This document shows, in pieces, positions 42,749 through 51,563 of a DNA stretch of 64,000 bases. Both the position numbers and the translations under genes were made by a program. This DNA is from Chloroflexota bacterium. Its GTDB lineage: Bacteria; Chloroflexota; UBA11872. Location of the stretch: positions 2,900,435 to 2,964,434 of the forward strand of contig CBDHGI010000006.1 in assembly GCA_965263075.1 (NCBI GenBank), given 5' to 3'. Each line of letters begins with the position of its first letter. Position 1 is the first letter of the stretch. A model generated the notes under the pieces. That model was not told the DNA's origin and searched no databases. It saw nothing but the letters and a program-made list of their open reading frames with translations.

Positions 42749-43732
42749 TTGACCCGCTTTCAGGAAGCCCCTCCAATAACTGATCAACGCGCTCCCATCG
42801 GTGTGCTCGGCGCCGGCCTGATGGGGCATGGCATTGCCCAGGTGTTCGCCCTGGCCGGCCACCAGGTCACCGTCCTTGACGCCAATCCCGCCGCCTTCGA
42901 CGCCGCGCGCAGCAAGGTCGCCCGCAACCTGGAGTTGATGATCGAGTACGGCCTGGTCACCTCCGAGCAAGCCGCGTTGGTCCATTCCCGCCTCAGTTTC
43001 ACCACGGACCTGGCCGACGTCGGCCAGTCCGCCCTCATCATCGAGGCCGTCACCGAATCGGTGGACGTCAAGCGCGCGGTCTATGCGGACCTGGCGCCCC
43101 ACCTGGCGCCCGAGACCCTGCTGGCCTCCAATACCTCCAGCATCCCCATCCGCCTCATGGCCGACGCCACCGGCCATCCCGACCGTTTCACCACCACCCA
43201 CTTCTTCCGTCCGGCCTACCTGTGTCCCATGGTCGAGGTCACCAAGGGCGAGCTGACCAGCGAGGCCACGGTGGAAACGGTGCTGGCCCTGTTGCGCGGC
43301 GCGGGGCTGCGGCCGGTGCGGATCAACGTGGACCTGCCCGGCCAAGTCGCCAACCGCCTGCGCCAGGCCCTCTTTCGCGAAGCGCTGGACCTGGTGGACC
43401 GAGGTGTGATCTCGGCCGAGGACATCGACGAGCTCACGGCCTTCTCTTTCTCCCCCCGCATGCCGCTCATGGGCGTCATTCGCGACCGCGACCTGGCCGG
43501 GTTGGAGATCGCTCTCAGCGGCACGGAAAGTGTCTGGCCCGATCTCTGCAACGCCGACAGTGGCCATGACGTCCTGCGCCGCCTGGTCGAGGCCGGGCAC
43601 TTCGGCCTCAAGACTGGCCGAGGCTTCTTCGACTGGTCCGACGTGGACTTCGCCGCCCAGTGGGAAACCCTGGAACGCCAGCAACTCGAGATCTACGCCA
43701 CCCTGCGAAAAATCGGCGCCTGGCCGGTCTGA
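42749..43732 (+). CDS. 3-hydroxyacyl-CoA dehydrogenase family protein
   Basis: GAGLMGHGIA, IEAVTE, ASNTSS, HFFRP, GLKTGRGFF. Confidence 0.9.
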   Translation: MTRFQEAPPITDQRAPIGVLGAGLMGHGIAQVFALAGHQVTVLDANPAAFDAARSKVARNLELMIEYGLVTSEQAALVHSRLSFTTDLADVGQSALIIEAVTESVDVKRAVYADLAPHLAPETLLASNTSSIPIRLMADATGHPDRFTTTHFFRPAYLCPMVEVTKGELTSEATVETVLALLRGAGLRPVRINVDLPGQVANRLRQALFREALDLVDRGVISAEDIDELTAFSFSPRMPLMGVIRDRDLAGLEIALSGTESVWPDLCNADSGHDVLRRLVEAGHFGLKTGRGFFDWSDVDFAAQWETLERQQLEIYATLRKIGAWPV

Positions 43733-43845
43733 TCCGCTACTCCTAGGGCCGAATCGGGCCAGCTCCAACCTCGTCGAGTAAGCCGCCCACGCTCCGCGCG
43801 GTATCCTTTCGCGGTCACTGTCGGTCAGGCACTCGGAGGCAGAGC

Positions 43846-44619
43846 ATGCACCTTGCGCGTTACAGCGTGGACGGCGAAGTCCACCACGGAATCGTTGAAG
43901 GCGACACCATCGCCGAAATCTCGGGCGACCTCTTCGGCGACCTGGAGCGCACCGGCAACACGGTGGCCCTGGCCGACGTTCAACTCCTGACGCCCACCTC
44001 GCCAACCAAGATCGTCAACCTGGCCGGCAACTACCTGAGCCACATGGGTGACTCGCCGCCGTTCTCGCGCCCGCAGCCGTTCCTGGCCCCGCCATCGTCC
44101 GCGCTCGCGCCCGGCGGAACCATCGCCTGGCTCAAGGGCTGCAAGAACCTTGACTACGAAGGTGAGATGGCGGTCATCATCGGCAAGCGCTGCTCGCGCG
44201 TCAGCGAGGACGAAGTCAAGGACTACGTCCTGGGGGTCTGCGCCGCCAACGACATCAGCGAGCGAATCTGGCAGAACGGTGAGACCGACGGCGAGCCGGA
44301 CAGCCAGTGGTGGCGCGGCAAGGGGGCCGACACCTTCTCACCCTTCGGTCCCTGGGTCACCACCGGCCTGGACCACGGCAACTTGGAGATGACCACGCGC
44401 GTCAACGGCGAGGTGGTCCAGCACACCAACACCAGCGAGCTGATCTTCAACGTGGAACAGATCGTCAGCTTCGTCTCGACGTACATGACGCTCGAGGCCG
44501 GCGACGCCATCTTCACCGGCACCTCCGGCAGCACCGATCCCATGCAGAGCGGCGACGTTACGGAAGTTGAGCTGGAAGGCTGCGGCACCCTGAGCAACCC
44601 CGTCGGCCACCCCGAGTAG
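43846..44619 (+). CDS. Fumarylacetoacetate hydrolase family protein
   Basis: DYEGEMAV, ANDISER, KGADTFSPFGP, GDAIFTGT. Confidence 0.9.
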   Translation: MHLARYSVDGEVHHGIVEGDTIAEISGDLFGDLERTGNTVALADVQLLTPTSPTKIVNLAGNYLSHMGDSPPFSRPQPFLAPPSSALAPGGTIAWLKGCKNLDYEGEMAVIIGKRCSRVSEDEVKDYVLGVCAANDISERIWQNGETDGEPDSQWWRGKGADTFSPFGPWVTTGLDHGNLEMTTRVNGEVVQHTNTSELIFNVEQIVSFVSTYMTLEAGDAIFTGTSGSTDPMQSGDVTEVELEGCGTLSNPVGHPE

Positions 44620-44667
44620 GGCGGACCGAACCGCCGAGAATTCACTCGGCACAGTGAAAGTGCCAAG

Positions 44668-44703
44668 AGCCGCCGCGGGGTTCTCAGGAGCCCCGCGGCG
44701 GCT
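44668..44703. terminator. GC-rich hairpin after FAH gene (probable terminator)
   Basis: AGCCGCCGCGGGG/CCCCGCGGCGGCT 13-bp inverted repeat. Confidence 0.6.
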
Positions 44704-44725
44704 AGTTCATCCAGCCCTTACGTTC

Positions 44726-44754
44726 TTGACACGAGGAACGAGTCGGCTAACAAT
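44726..44754 (+). promoter_or_regulatory. Putative sigma70 promoter
   Basis: TTGACA-17 bp-AACAAT in an AT-richer patch. Confidence 0.6.
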
Positions 44755-44760
44755 TAGACC

Positions 44761-44817
44761 AATGCTCCCCGCCCTCCGCTGCCAATACGGGTAGCGGACT
44801 GGCGGGGTTTCTTTTTG
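44761..44817 (+). ncRNA. Putative structured leader RNA with terminator upstream of NYN gene
   Basis: Outer stem CCCCGCC/GGCGGGG, inner stem TCCGCTGCC/GGTAGCGGA, loop AATACG, then TTTCTTTTTG. Confidence 0.5.
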
Positions 44818-44825
44818 CTGAACCC

Positions 44826-45443
44826 ATGGCTGACCGTGTCGTCGTGTACATCGACGCGCAAAACACTTACAAGGGCGCGCGCGACGCATTCTTTGCTGGC
44901 CGCGCACACTTCACTGACGGCCAGTTCGACCCGCTCAAGGTTGGCATGCTCTTGCTCCAGCGGACGGTGGCCGGAGTCGCTCCAGAACTGAAGCAGGTGC
45001 GGGTGTACTCGGGCAGACCCGACGCGCGGAAGCAGCCGAAAGCCAATAGGGCGCACCTTCGTCAGTGTGCTGGATGGGAGTCCAAGGGCGTATATGTTCT
45101 GGGACGGCCGCTGCGATACCCGCGTGACTTCCCAGCATCGAAGCCGCAGGAGAAGGGCACTGACGTCGAACTGGCGATTGACCTCGTAACCCATTCGATC
45201 AGTAGGTATTTCGATGTGGGAATCGTCTTCTCGACCGATCAGGACCTCCGACCGGCCCTCGAATGGGTTGCCCGGCAGTCCAATCCGGGGCCTCGCGTCG
45301 AACTAGCGGCGTGGCGAAGCCCTAGAAGCAATCGCCGTATTCCTGTTGATGCACCTGTGGCTGTCCCATGCCACTGGTTTGACCATGCGGACTACCAGAC
45401 GGTCCGTAACGAAACGGACTACACGCGAGCCGGGCGGCGGTAG
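44826..45443 (+). CDS. NYN domain (LabA/DUF88, PIN-like) putative RNase
   Basis: VYIDAQN, QEKGTDVELAIDL, FSTDQDLRPA acidic motifs intact. Confidence 0.9.
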   Translation: MADRVVVYIDAQNTYKGARDAFFAGRAHFTDGQFDPLKVGMLLLQRTVAGVAPELKQVRVYSGRPDARKQPKANRAHLRQCAGWESKGVYVLGRPLRYPRDFPASKPQEKGTDVELAIDLVTHSISRYFDVGIVFSTDQDLRPALEWVARQSNPGPRVELAAWRSPRSNRRIPVDAPVAVPCHWFDHADYQTVRNETDYTRAGRR

Positions 45444-45508
45444 GGACTGGAAGCAGCGGCAGGCACTGATTCCTGAGCCGGGAATTCGACAGCCAGCTTC
45501 CCGCCCGC

Positions 45509-47062
45509 TCAGCGCATCGGCTGCATGTCGTCCATCGGCGGACCGGTAGGCGCTCCCGTAGCCGCCTGCTGCTCGTCTGCCCTCATCGCGTTCCGTCCCA
45601 TCTCGTCGGACCCGCCAAAGATGATCGGCAGACTCAGGGCAATCAGCATTACCAGGGCCCATATCGCCGGCGCGGATGTCTGGAGCTGGCGACGCCGGCG
45701 TTGCGCGCGCGCTTCGTGGCGTACGCGCCGCGGCTGCCACCACGGGTTGTGCCGTGCTTCGAAGTAGTGGAAGCCCACCCCGAGTACCGCGCCGTAGACC
45801 AGGTGACCAACCATCGAAGCCATCCGCGGGGCCGCACTGGCCGCCGACCAGTCCGGCGTGTTTCCGGTCAGCACCGCGAAAAGCGTGTTGGGTCCAACCA
45901 CCCAGAGAAAGAAGCCGTAGGCAACGCCCCAGCCGACCGCTGACCCGATGCCGTACGTCTGCCGCCGAAACAGCAGGCCGTAGACGGCTCCCCAGATGAC
46001 CGAGACCACCGCATGCACCAGCACGCCGGCTGCCGCGTTGTCGGCCCGAACCAACTGGGCTATGCCGTCGAACGATCCAAGCCGCGCCAGCATCACCGTG
46101 TAGAACAGCCCGCCAACAATCCCGGCGGCGGACCCGCGACCCAACGCCCGCAGCCCCTCCGTTCCGTAGCCTTCATCATCGCTGTCGGTCGGGTCCGCGA
46201 ATAGGACCCGCCAGGCCACGCTCAGCCACTGGTAGGCCAGCCCCAGGATTCCGCCAAACAGCAGGTACGCCAGCAGGCCCGGAAAGGCGTCGTGCGCGAA
46301 TCCCATGCCCCAGGGCAGCATCCCGCGCGTTGCCAGGCCCACGATCGTCATGGGAACGAGAATCCAGGCCAGGAACCCGAACACGAACCCTCGCACCAGC
46401 GCCGCGCCGGCGCTGTCGCGAACCGTCGGGACCACGCCCGCAAACGCCAGCCCGGTCCCCGCGCCAACCGCCAGCACGCCCAACCAGAGTGCGCCCGATG
46501 GGTCGTGGTTGCCGATACCGACAAACTGACCCAGTAGCCCCTGGTCCACCAGCGCCTTGCCGGTCAACGCGGCCCCAATCACGCCGGCCAGGACACCACG
46601 CACCACGGCTCCGGTCGTTGGCCGTTCGAAGGACGACCGCCGCCAGACCAGCAGCGCCAGGCTGGTGGCGACGCCGTACTGCAGGTGCCCCAGCAACATA
46701 GGGAACGTTTCCTGCGCCGAGGTCAGATCCCACGCCAGCGCCTCTCGACGAATCAGCAACGGCGCCAGCGTCAGCGGTCCGATGATCCACCACACCGCCC
46801 CGTAAATGAGACCCCAGAACAGCAGGTCCCCCGCGCTATGCACTTGGTGGCGAACCAGGGCCCCGAAACCCGCGCCGATGGCGCCAGCCACGATCATGTG
46901 CACGATCCAGCCGCCTACCGCCGAGGGCGGGAGCCGGATCAACGCGGCAATGGACTCGATCACCCCCAGGTGCCGCATCACCAGGCCGTAGACAACCCCG
47001 CCCACTTGCCCGGCCAGCGCGCCGGCGATCAGCCACGCCGCCAGGTCGTTGCGCCGGATCAC
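45509..47062 (-). CDS. Polytopic membrane protein built from three repeats of a ~140-aa module
   Basis: GTGA overlap with upstream gene; repeated G..YG..W..GP.TL...W...GH..YG. Confidence 0.8.
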   Translation of the reverse strand: MIRRNDLAAWLIAGALAGQVGGVVYGLVMRHLGVIESIAALIRLPPSAVGGWIVHMIVAGAIGAGFGALVRHQVHSAGDLLFWGLIYGAVWWIIGPLTLAPLLIRREALAWDLTSAQETFPMLLGHLQYGVATSLALLVWRRSSFERPTTGAVVRGVLAGVIGAALTGKALVDQGLLGQFVGIGNHDPSGALWLGVLAVGAGTGLAFAGVVPTVRDSAGAALVRGFVFGFLAWILVPMTIVGLATRGMLPWGMGFAHDAFPGLLAYLLFGGILGLAYQWLSVAWRVLFADPTDSDDEGYGTEGLRALGRGSAAGIVGGLFYTVMLARLGSFDGIAQLVRADNAAAGVLVHAVVSVIWGAVYGLLFRRQTYGIGSAVGWGVAYGFFLWVVGPNTLFAVLTGNTPDWSAASAAPRMASMVGHLVYGAVLGVGFHYFEARHNPWWQPRRVRHEARAQRRRRQLQTSAPAIWALVMLIALSLPIIFGGSDEMGRNAMRADEQQAATGAPTGPPMDDMQPMR

Positions 47063-48855
47063 GTCTCGCGCTCCCGGCCGCCGGCTGAAGGCGCTGGGTC
47101 GTCGGGTCCAAACCGCCCGTCGGCCGCCGCGGTGAGCACGATGTCGCGCGGGAACACCAGGTCCAGCGCCCAGTCCAGCGCCACCCGCGCCTTGCGTTCC
47201 AGGCCCGGCAGCTTGCTGAGATAGATCGTCCGCCACATGAACCAGGCCAACAGCCCAGAGAACTTATGGCCACCGATTTCGGCGGCGGCGGTGCGGTGAC
47301 CGAGCCCCACCAGCGACCCGCTGGCTCGATACCGGAACGGCTTTAACGCGCGCCCGTCGATCGTCGCCAGGATGTTCTGCGCCGCCCGCTTGCCCTGGCG
47401 CAGGGCGTGCTGCGCCGTCGGCGGGCAGGGGCGGCCCTCGCTGTGAAGGTCAGGAATCTGCGCCGCGTCGCCTACCGCCCAGACCTCCGGCGTGTCGGGT
47501 ACTTGCAGCGTCGCGTCCACGATCACCTGCCCGGCGCGATTCTTCTCGCAGCCCAAGTCGCGCAGCAGCGGATTGGGCTGATTTCCCGCCGTCCAGACGA
47601 ACGTGTCGCATGGTATCGCTGTCCCGTCGTCCAGGGTGACCGAGCCTTCCGTCGCCGCCGCAACGCGGCGGCCCAACCGGAACTCGATGCCACGGGCGCT
47701 CAGCTTCTCCAGGGCGTACGCGCCCAGGTCCTCGCTGAGTTCAGGCAGGATGCGGTCGCGCGAGTGGACGAGAACCAAGCGCGCGTCGTCGGGCCCCAGA
47801 TTCTGGTAGTAGCGCCGGACGCTCGTTACCAGGTCGAACAGTTCGGCAATCGTTTCCGCGCCGGCGAACCCGCCGCCGGCCACCACGAACGTCAGCAGCC
47901 GCTGACGGACCTCAGGGTCCGGCTCATGGTCGGCGCGCTCCAGTTGCGACAGCACCCGGTGGCGCAGCGTCACGGCGTCCTCCAGCGTCTTTAGCGTGAT
48001 CGCGTGCTCCGCCAGTCCCGGCAGCCCGTAGAAGTTCGGCACCGACCCCATGGCCAGCACCAGGTGGTCGTAGGGCACCACCTCCGGCTGTGCCGAACGT
48101 CGGCCGCGCACCAGCACCTGCCGCTGCTCAGTGTCGATCCGCTCCACGTCGCCGTGAATGAAGTGCGTGTAGGGGCAGGCCGCGCGGATTGGGGCCGCGA
48201 TGTGCTGCGCCTCCAGCGCGCTGGAGGCCACCTCGGCCAGCATGGGGGTAAAGAGCAGGAAATTGCTCTGGCTGACCAGCGTGACCTCCAGATCGCGGCG
48301 GCGTCGGGTCATGCGCTCCAGCGTTTGCGCCGCGCTCATCCCGCCGAAACCGCCGCCCAGCACCACGATTCGATGTACGGGACCGGACGCGCGCTCGTCT
48401 GATCGGACCTGCGGCGCCTCTCCGCCCCAACGGTCCACCGCCAGGTACAGTCCGCCGGTGGTCATCGCTCCGTAGAGCATGTGGCCCATCAGGCTGGGAA
48501 ACCCGGCCGACGCCACCGCGATCGACCAGTCGGGAACCTGCCCTTCCGCCAGCGGGCGAATCGTCAGCGGCCCCAGAATCCAGCCCAGCAGGCCAAACGT
48601 GACGCCCAGCGTGATCTGCGCGGCGTAGCTGCCGGGCTCGTGTCGGTACTGCAGACCGACGGCCGCGCCGATCACGGTTGCCAGCACCAGGTGCACGATC
48701 AGGCCGGCGCCGGTCGTGGACACGCCGGCCAGCCCGGTCACCTCCACGCGCATGTCCTCGGCCTGCATGGCAAGGGCAAACACGACCCCCGCGACCAGAC
48801 CCGCCAACGCGCCGAACAGAACCTCCCGACGGGCGACCAGAGCTACGAACCGCAT
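47059..48855 (-). CDS. ndh: Type II NADH dehydrogenase (NDH-2)-like flavoprotein with N-terminal membrane module
   Basis: VLGGGFGG, FTPML, VAGGGFAGAE, WAVGDAA, PPTAQHALRQG, GLLAWFMWRTIYL. Confidence 0.88.
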   Translation of the reverse strand: MRFVALVARREVLFGALAGLVAGVVFALAMQAEDMRVEVTGLAGVSTTGAGLIVHLVLATVIGAAVGLQYRHEPGSYAAQITLGVTFGLLGWILGPLTIRPLAEGQVPDWSIAVASAGFPSLMGHMLYGAMTTGGLYLAVDRWGGEAPQVRSDERASGPVHRIVVLGGGFGGMSAAQTLERMTRRRRDLEVTLVSQSNFLLFTPMLAEVASSALEAQHIAAPIRAACPYTHFIHGDVERIDTEQRQVLVRGRRSAQPEVVPYDHLVLAMGSVPNFYGLPGLAEHAITLKTLEDAVTLRHRVLSQLERADHEPDPEVRQRLLTFVVAGGGFAGAETIAELFDLVTSVRRYYQNLGPDDARLVLVHSRDRILPELSEDLGAYALEKLSARGIEFRLGRRVAAATEGSVTLDDGTAIPCDTFVWTAGNQPNPLLRDLGCEKNRAGQVIVDATLQVPDTPEVWAVGDAAQIPDLHSEGRPCPPTAQHALRQGKRAAQNILATIDGRALKPFRYRASGSLVGLGHRTAAAEIGGHKFSGLLAWFMWRTIYLSKLPGLERKARVALDWALDLVFPRDIVLTAAADGRFGPDDPAPSAGGRERET

Positions 48856-49008
48856 ATCGCGCCTCCCGTTGCGGGCTTCAGACGATTGTGGCAGCGCCGA
48901 GCGAATACTGACGAATCCCTCGCCGCCCGCCGACCCCGCTCAGCGCCCGCCCCCGACTGGACCACGCTGCCGTTGACGCATCTCGGCTCCTCGTCGCACG
49001 CTGCGGCC

Positions 49009-49464
49009 ATGCTGCGAACGCACACCTATCTCCTCGGACTGGTGCTCCTCGCGCTCGGTGTTGTCGTGGTGCTGATGGTTGTGGGCGTAGTTCCCGCGCA
49101 GCGGTCGTCCGTGCTCGGCGCACTGATCGGCCGCGAGCCGCCCGCCGCGCCGGCGCCAATCGTCACGCCCATCGAGGGCCCAATCAGCTTCGACGGCCTG
49201 CGGCCGGGTGAAACGGACACCTTCGGCCTGCGCGAGGGCCTGGTCATCGTGCACGCCCAGTACGACGGTATCGCCGAACCCTTCAGCGCGTTCCTGCGCG
49301 CGCTGAACGACGCACAGCCCGAGACGATCACACCGATCAGCATCATCCCGCCGCTGGACCGCCAGGGCGCCGCCTCCGGCCAGGTGACCAAGGCCGGACG
49401 CTTTGTCCTCACCGTCGAGCGCGCCGAAGGCGAGTGGGCGGTCACGATTTCGCAGCCGTCCTGA
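49009..49464 (+). CDS. Hypothetical protein with N-terminal anchor and beta-sandwich-like domain
   Basis: Hydrophobic N-terminus; C-terminal GRFVLTVERAEGEWAVTI. Confidence 0.6.
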   Translation: MLRTHTYLLGLVLLALGVVVVLMVVGVVPAQRSSVLGALIGREPPAAPAPIVTPIEGPISFDGLRPGETDTFGLREGLVIVHAQYDGIAEPFSAFLRALNDAQPETITPISIIPPLDRQGAASGQVTKAGRFVLTVERAEGEWAVTISQPS

Positions 49465-49567
49465 CCGATTGGCGGAGGCGGAGGGCGCCGAACCCACGGG
49501 TGGGGTGACCGCTCGCCCCCGCTATTTCTATACTGAAGCGCCGCACACGGACGGATTGAGGCCGGAT

Positions 49568-50437
49568 ATGGATCCCAGTAGTCTGCAATACGCCCTGACC
49601 GACGACGAGCGCGAGACGTTCGACCGCAACGGCTTTCTGGTCGTCGAAGACGCCGTCCCCGACGACCTGCGCGAGTCGCTGATCGAGACCATCGACGACC
49701 TATACGAGAGTGGTGTGCTTGAGGGGGGTCGCACCGACAAGACGATCACCCGGCGGATCAACAAGCTGGGGTTCATCAACCTGGACCGGTCCTTCTTCGA
49801 CATGGTCGCCTACGAGCGGCTGCTGCCCAAGGTCTGGGGCATCCTGGGCTGGAACATCTACCTCTATCACACCCACCTGGCCGTCACGGGCAAAGAGCCC
49901 GGAACCTACGAGCCGCACGCGCGCGCCTGGGGCTGGCACCAGGACTCGGGCCAGATGAACCGGGACATGGAGACCAGCCCGCGCCCCCGCATTTCGCTCA
50001 AGGTCGGCTACTTCCTCACCGACGTGAGTAACGAGGGCATGGGCAACTTCTGGGTCGTCCCCGGCAGTCAACTCTCGAACACACTGCCCCAGCCCGAGGA
50101 AGGCGCGGTACAGCCGGAAGGCGCCATCCCGGTCAAGGTCAAAGCGGGTTCCGCCGTCATCTTCGACCGCCGCATCTGGCACGCGGCCACGCCCAACTTC
50201 TCGGACGTCACCCGCCGCGTCCTCTTCTACGGCTACGGCTACCGCTGGATCCGCACGCGCGACGACATGGAGTTCCCGCAGGCCTGGTATGACGAGTCGC
50301 ACCCCATCCTCAAGCAGATGATGGGCCACTCCACCAACGAGCACGGCCGCTCCTCTCCCTCCGACGCCGACGTGCCCCTCAAGGTCTGGCTCGAAGAGCA
50401 CGAGCAGGTCCAGCGCGAGAAAGCCCTCGTCGGCTAA
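49568..50437 (+). CDS. PhyH-family dioxygenase
   Basis: LTDDERETFDRNGF, WHQD, VVPGSQ, IWHAA. Confidence 0.9.
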   Translation: MDPSSLQYALTDDERETFDRNGFLVVEDAVPDDLRESLIETIDDLYESGVLEGGRTDKTITRRINKLGFINLDRSFFDMVAYERLLPKVWGILGWNIYLYHTHLAVTGKEPGTYEPHARAWGWHQDSGQMNRDMETSPRPRISLKVGYFLTDVSNEGMGNFWVVPGSQLSNTLPQPEEGAVQPEGAIPVKVKAGSAVIFDRRIWHAATPNFSDVTRRVLFYGYGYRWIRTRDDMEFPQAWYDESHPILKQMMGHSTNEHGRSSPSDADVPLKVWLEEHEQVQREKALVG

Positions 50438-50506
50438 CCCCGCAGCCTGAATAGTCCGCGTCCCGCCGGCCCTGGCTGGCGGGACTGTGGCGCTGGACCC
50501 ACGCGG

Positions 50507-51145
50507 CTACCAGCCGGCCGGCTTGCGAATCGGGCGGCCGGTCAGGTCGATGACGGTATTGGGAAACTGGCTTTGGCGGAGCAGCTTGCGGCGCTTGCGG
50601 GTGATATGGGACTTGAAGTCAGCCGCGTCTACGAGCAGCCACGCCGGCCGACGTCCACGCTGGACCACTGGACACGATACGCCGATGCCAAGGCCAAAGC
50701 GTTCCCGCACGGCGCGGACGGGAAACGCGAGATCGCTGTCGTTCGATACGACCAGCGCTTTCTCAAAGTCGCGGGCGCAGGCGTCCAGCAGCAGGTGGGA
50801 GGCTAGGTTGACGTCCGACCCTTTCTCATCGGTCCGGAATACCTCCACGACCCCGGCGCCATCCGTGCGCGGCATGGTCCTGGCATGCGTAACGAATGAC
50901 CCGTAATGGATGGTCAGGCCGGGGATGGAGCGAAGGGCCCGGATATAGCTCTTTTGCCGCTGGCCAACGGTCGGGTCGGCGGGATCGTCCACCAACGCGG
51001 TGAAGTAGCGAATTCGCTGGACCTCGTCGCTGGCCTTAAGCAGGCCTTGGCTCAGCTTTCTGAGATCCAGCCAGCGGTACGGGCTGTTGCGCAACGCGCC
51101 GTAATACAGGTTGAGGCCGTCGATGTAAACGTTGACCGTTGCCAC
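50507..51145 (-). CDS. NYN domain (PIN-like) putative RNase
   Basis: VYIDGLNLYYG, DEKGSDVNLASHL, VSNDSDL. Confidence 0.9.
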   Translation of the reverse strand: MATVNVYIDGLNLYYGALRNSPYRWLDLRKLSQGLLKASDEVQRIRYFTALVDDPADPTVGQRQKSYIRALRSIPGLTIHYGSFVTHARTMPRTDGAGVVEVFRTDEKGSDVNLASHLLLDACARDFEKALVVSNDSDLAFPVRAVRERFGLGIGVSCPVVQRGRRPAWLLVDAADFKSHITRKRRKLLRQSQFPNTVIDLTGRPIRKPAGW

Positions 51146-51177
51146 GGGCGTCCCTCACGCAGACCGCCCGTCTACCC

Positions 51178-51240
51178 CAAAATATGCAAAGCCCCCAATT
51201 GGGGGCTTCACGTCCGGCCGGCGATTCGGCCGGGGCAGTA
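51178..51240 (-). ncRNA. Putative two-hairpin leader RNA with terminator upstream of NYN gene
   Basis: CCGGCCG-AATCGC-CGGCCGG, then AAGCCCCC-AATT-GGGGGCTT, then U-rich TGCATATTTT. Confidence 0.5.
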
Positions 51241-51245
51241 CACAG

Positions 51246-51274
51246 ATAGTGGTTAATTGAGTTCCGTGTGTCAA
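51246..51274 (-). promoter_or_regulatory. Putative sigma70 promoter
   Basis: TTGACA-17 bp-CACTAT on minus strand, AT-rich spacer. Confidence 0.55.
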
Positions 51275-51347
51275 GTCATTGGGTTGGCGGATGGGGTTGT
51301 TGTATCGGGGTGGTTGGACGCCTTGGTCGTGGCACCGGCGATCGAGC

Positions 51348-51371
51348 GCCCAGGCTGCGCGCAGCCTGGGC
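51348..51371. repeat. Perfect 24-bp palindrome (REP-like)
   Basis: GCCCAGGCTGCG/CGCAGCCTGGGC. Confidence 0.6.
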
Positions 51372-51563
51372 CACGGGACACGGCAGCTACAATCGAGTCA
51401 GCATCAAAGGGGCGGCCCCGGTGAATGCAGCGGGGACGATTGCTCGTTGTGATTGTGGTAGCTGGCGAAGTGCTGGACGAGGCAGCGGCCAGCGTCACGA
51501 AAGGCTGCGAAGGCAGTGGCCTGCGCGGGGACGGAGCGCGCTGCGCTCGGTCTACGCTCTGTG

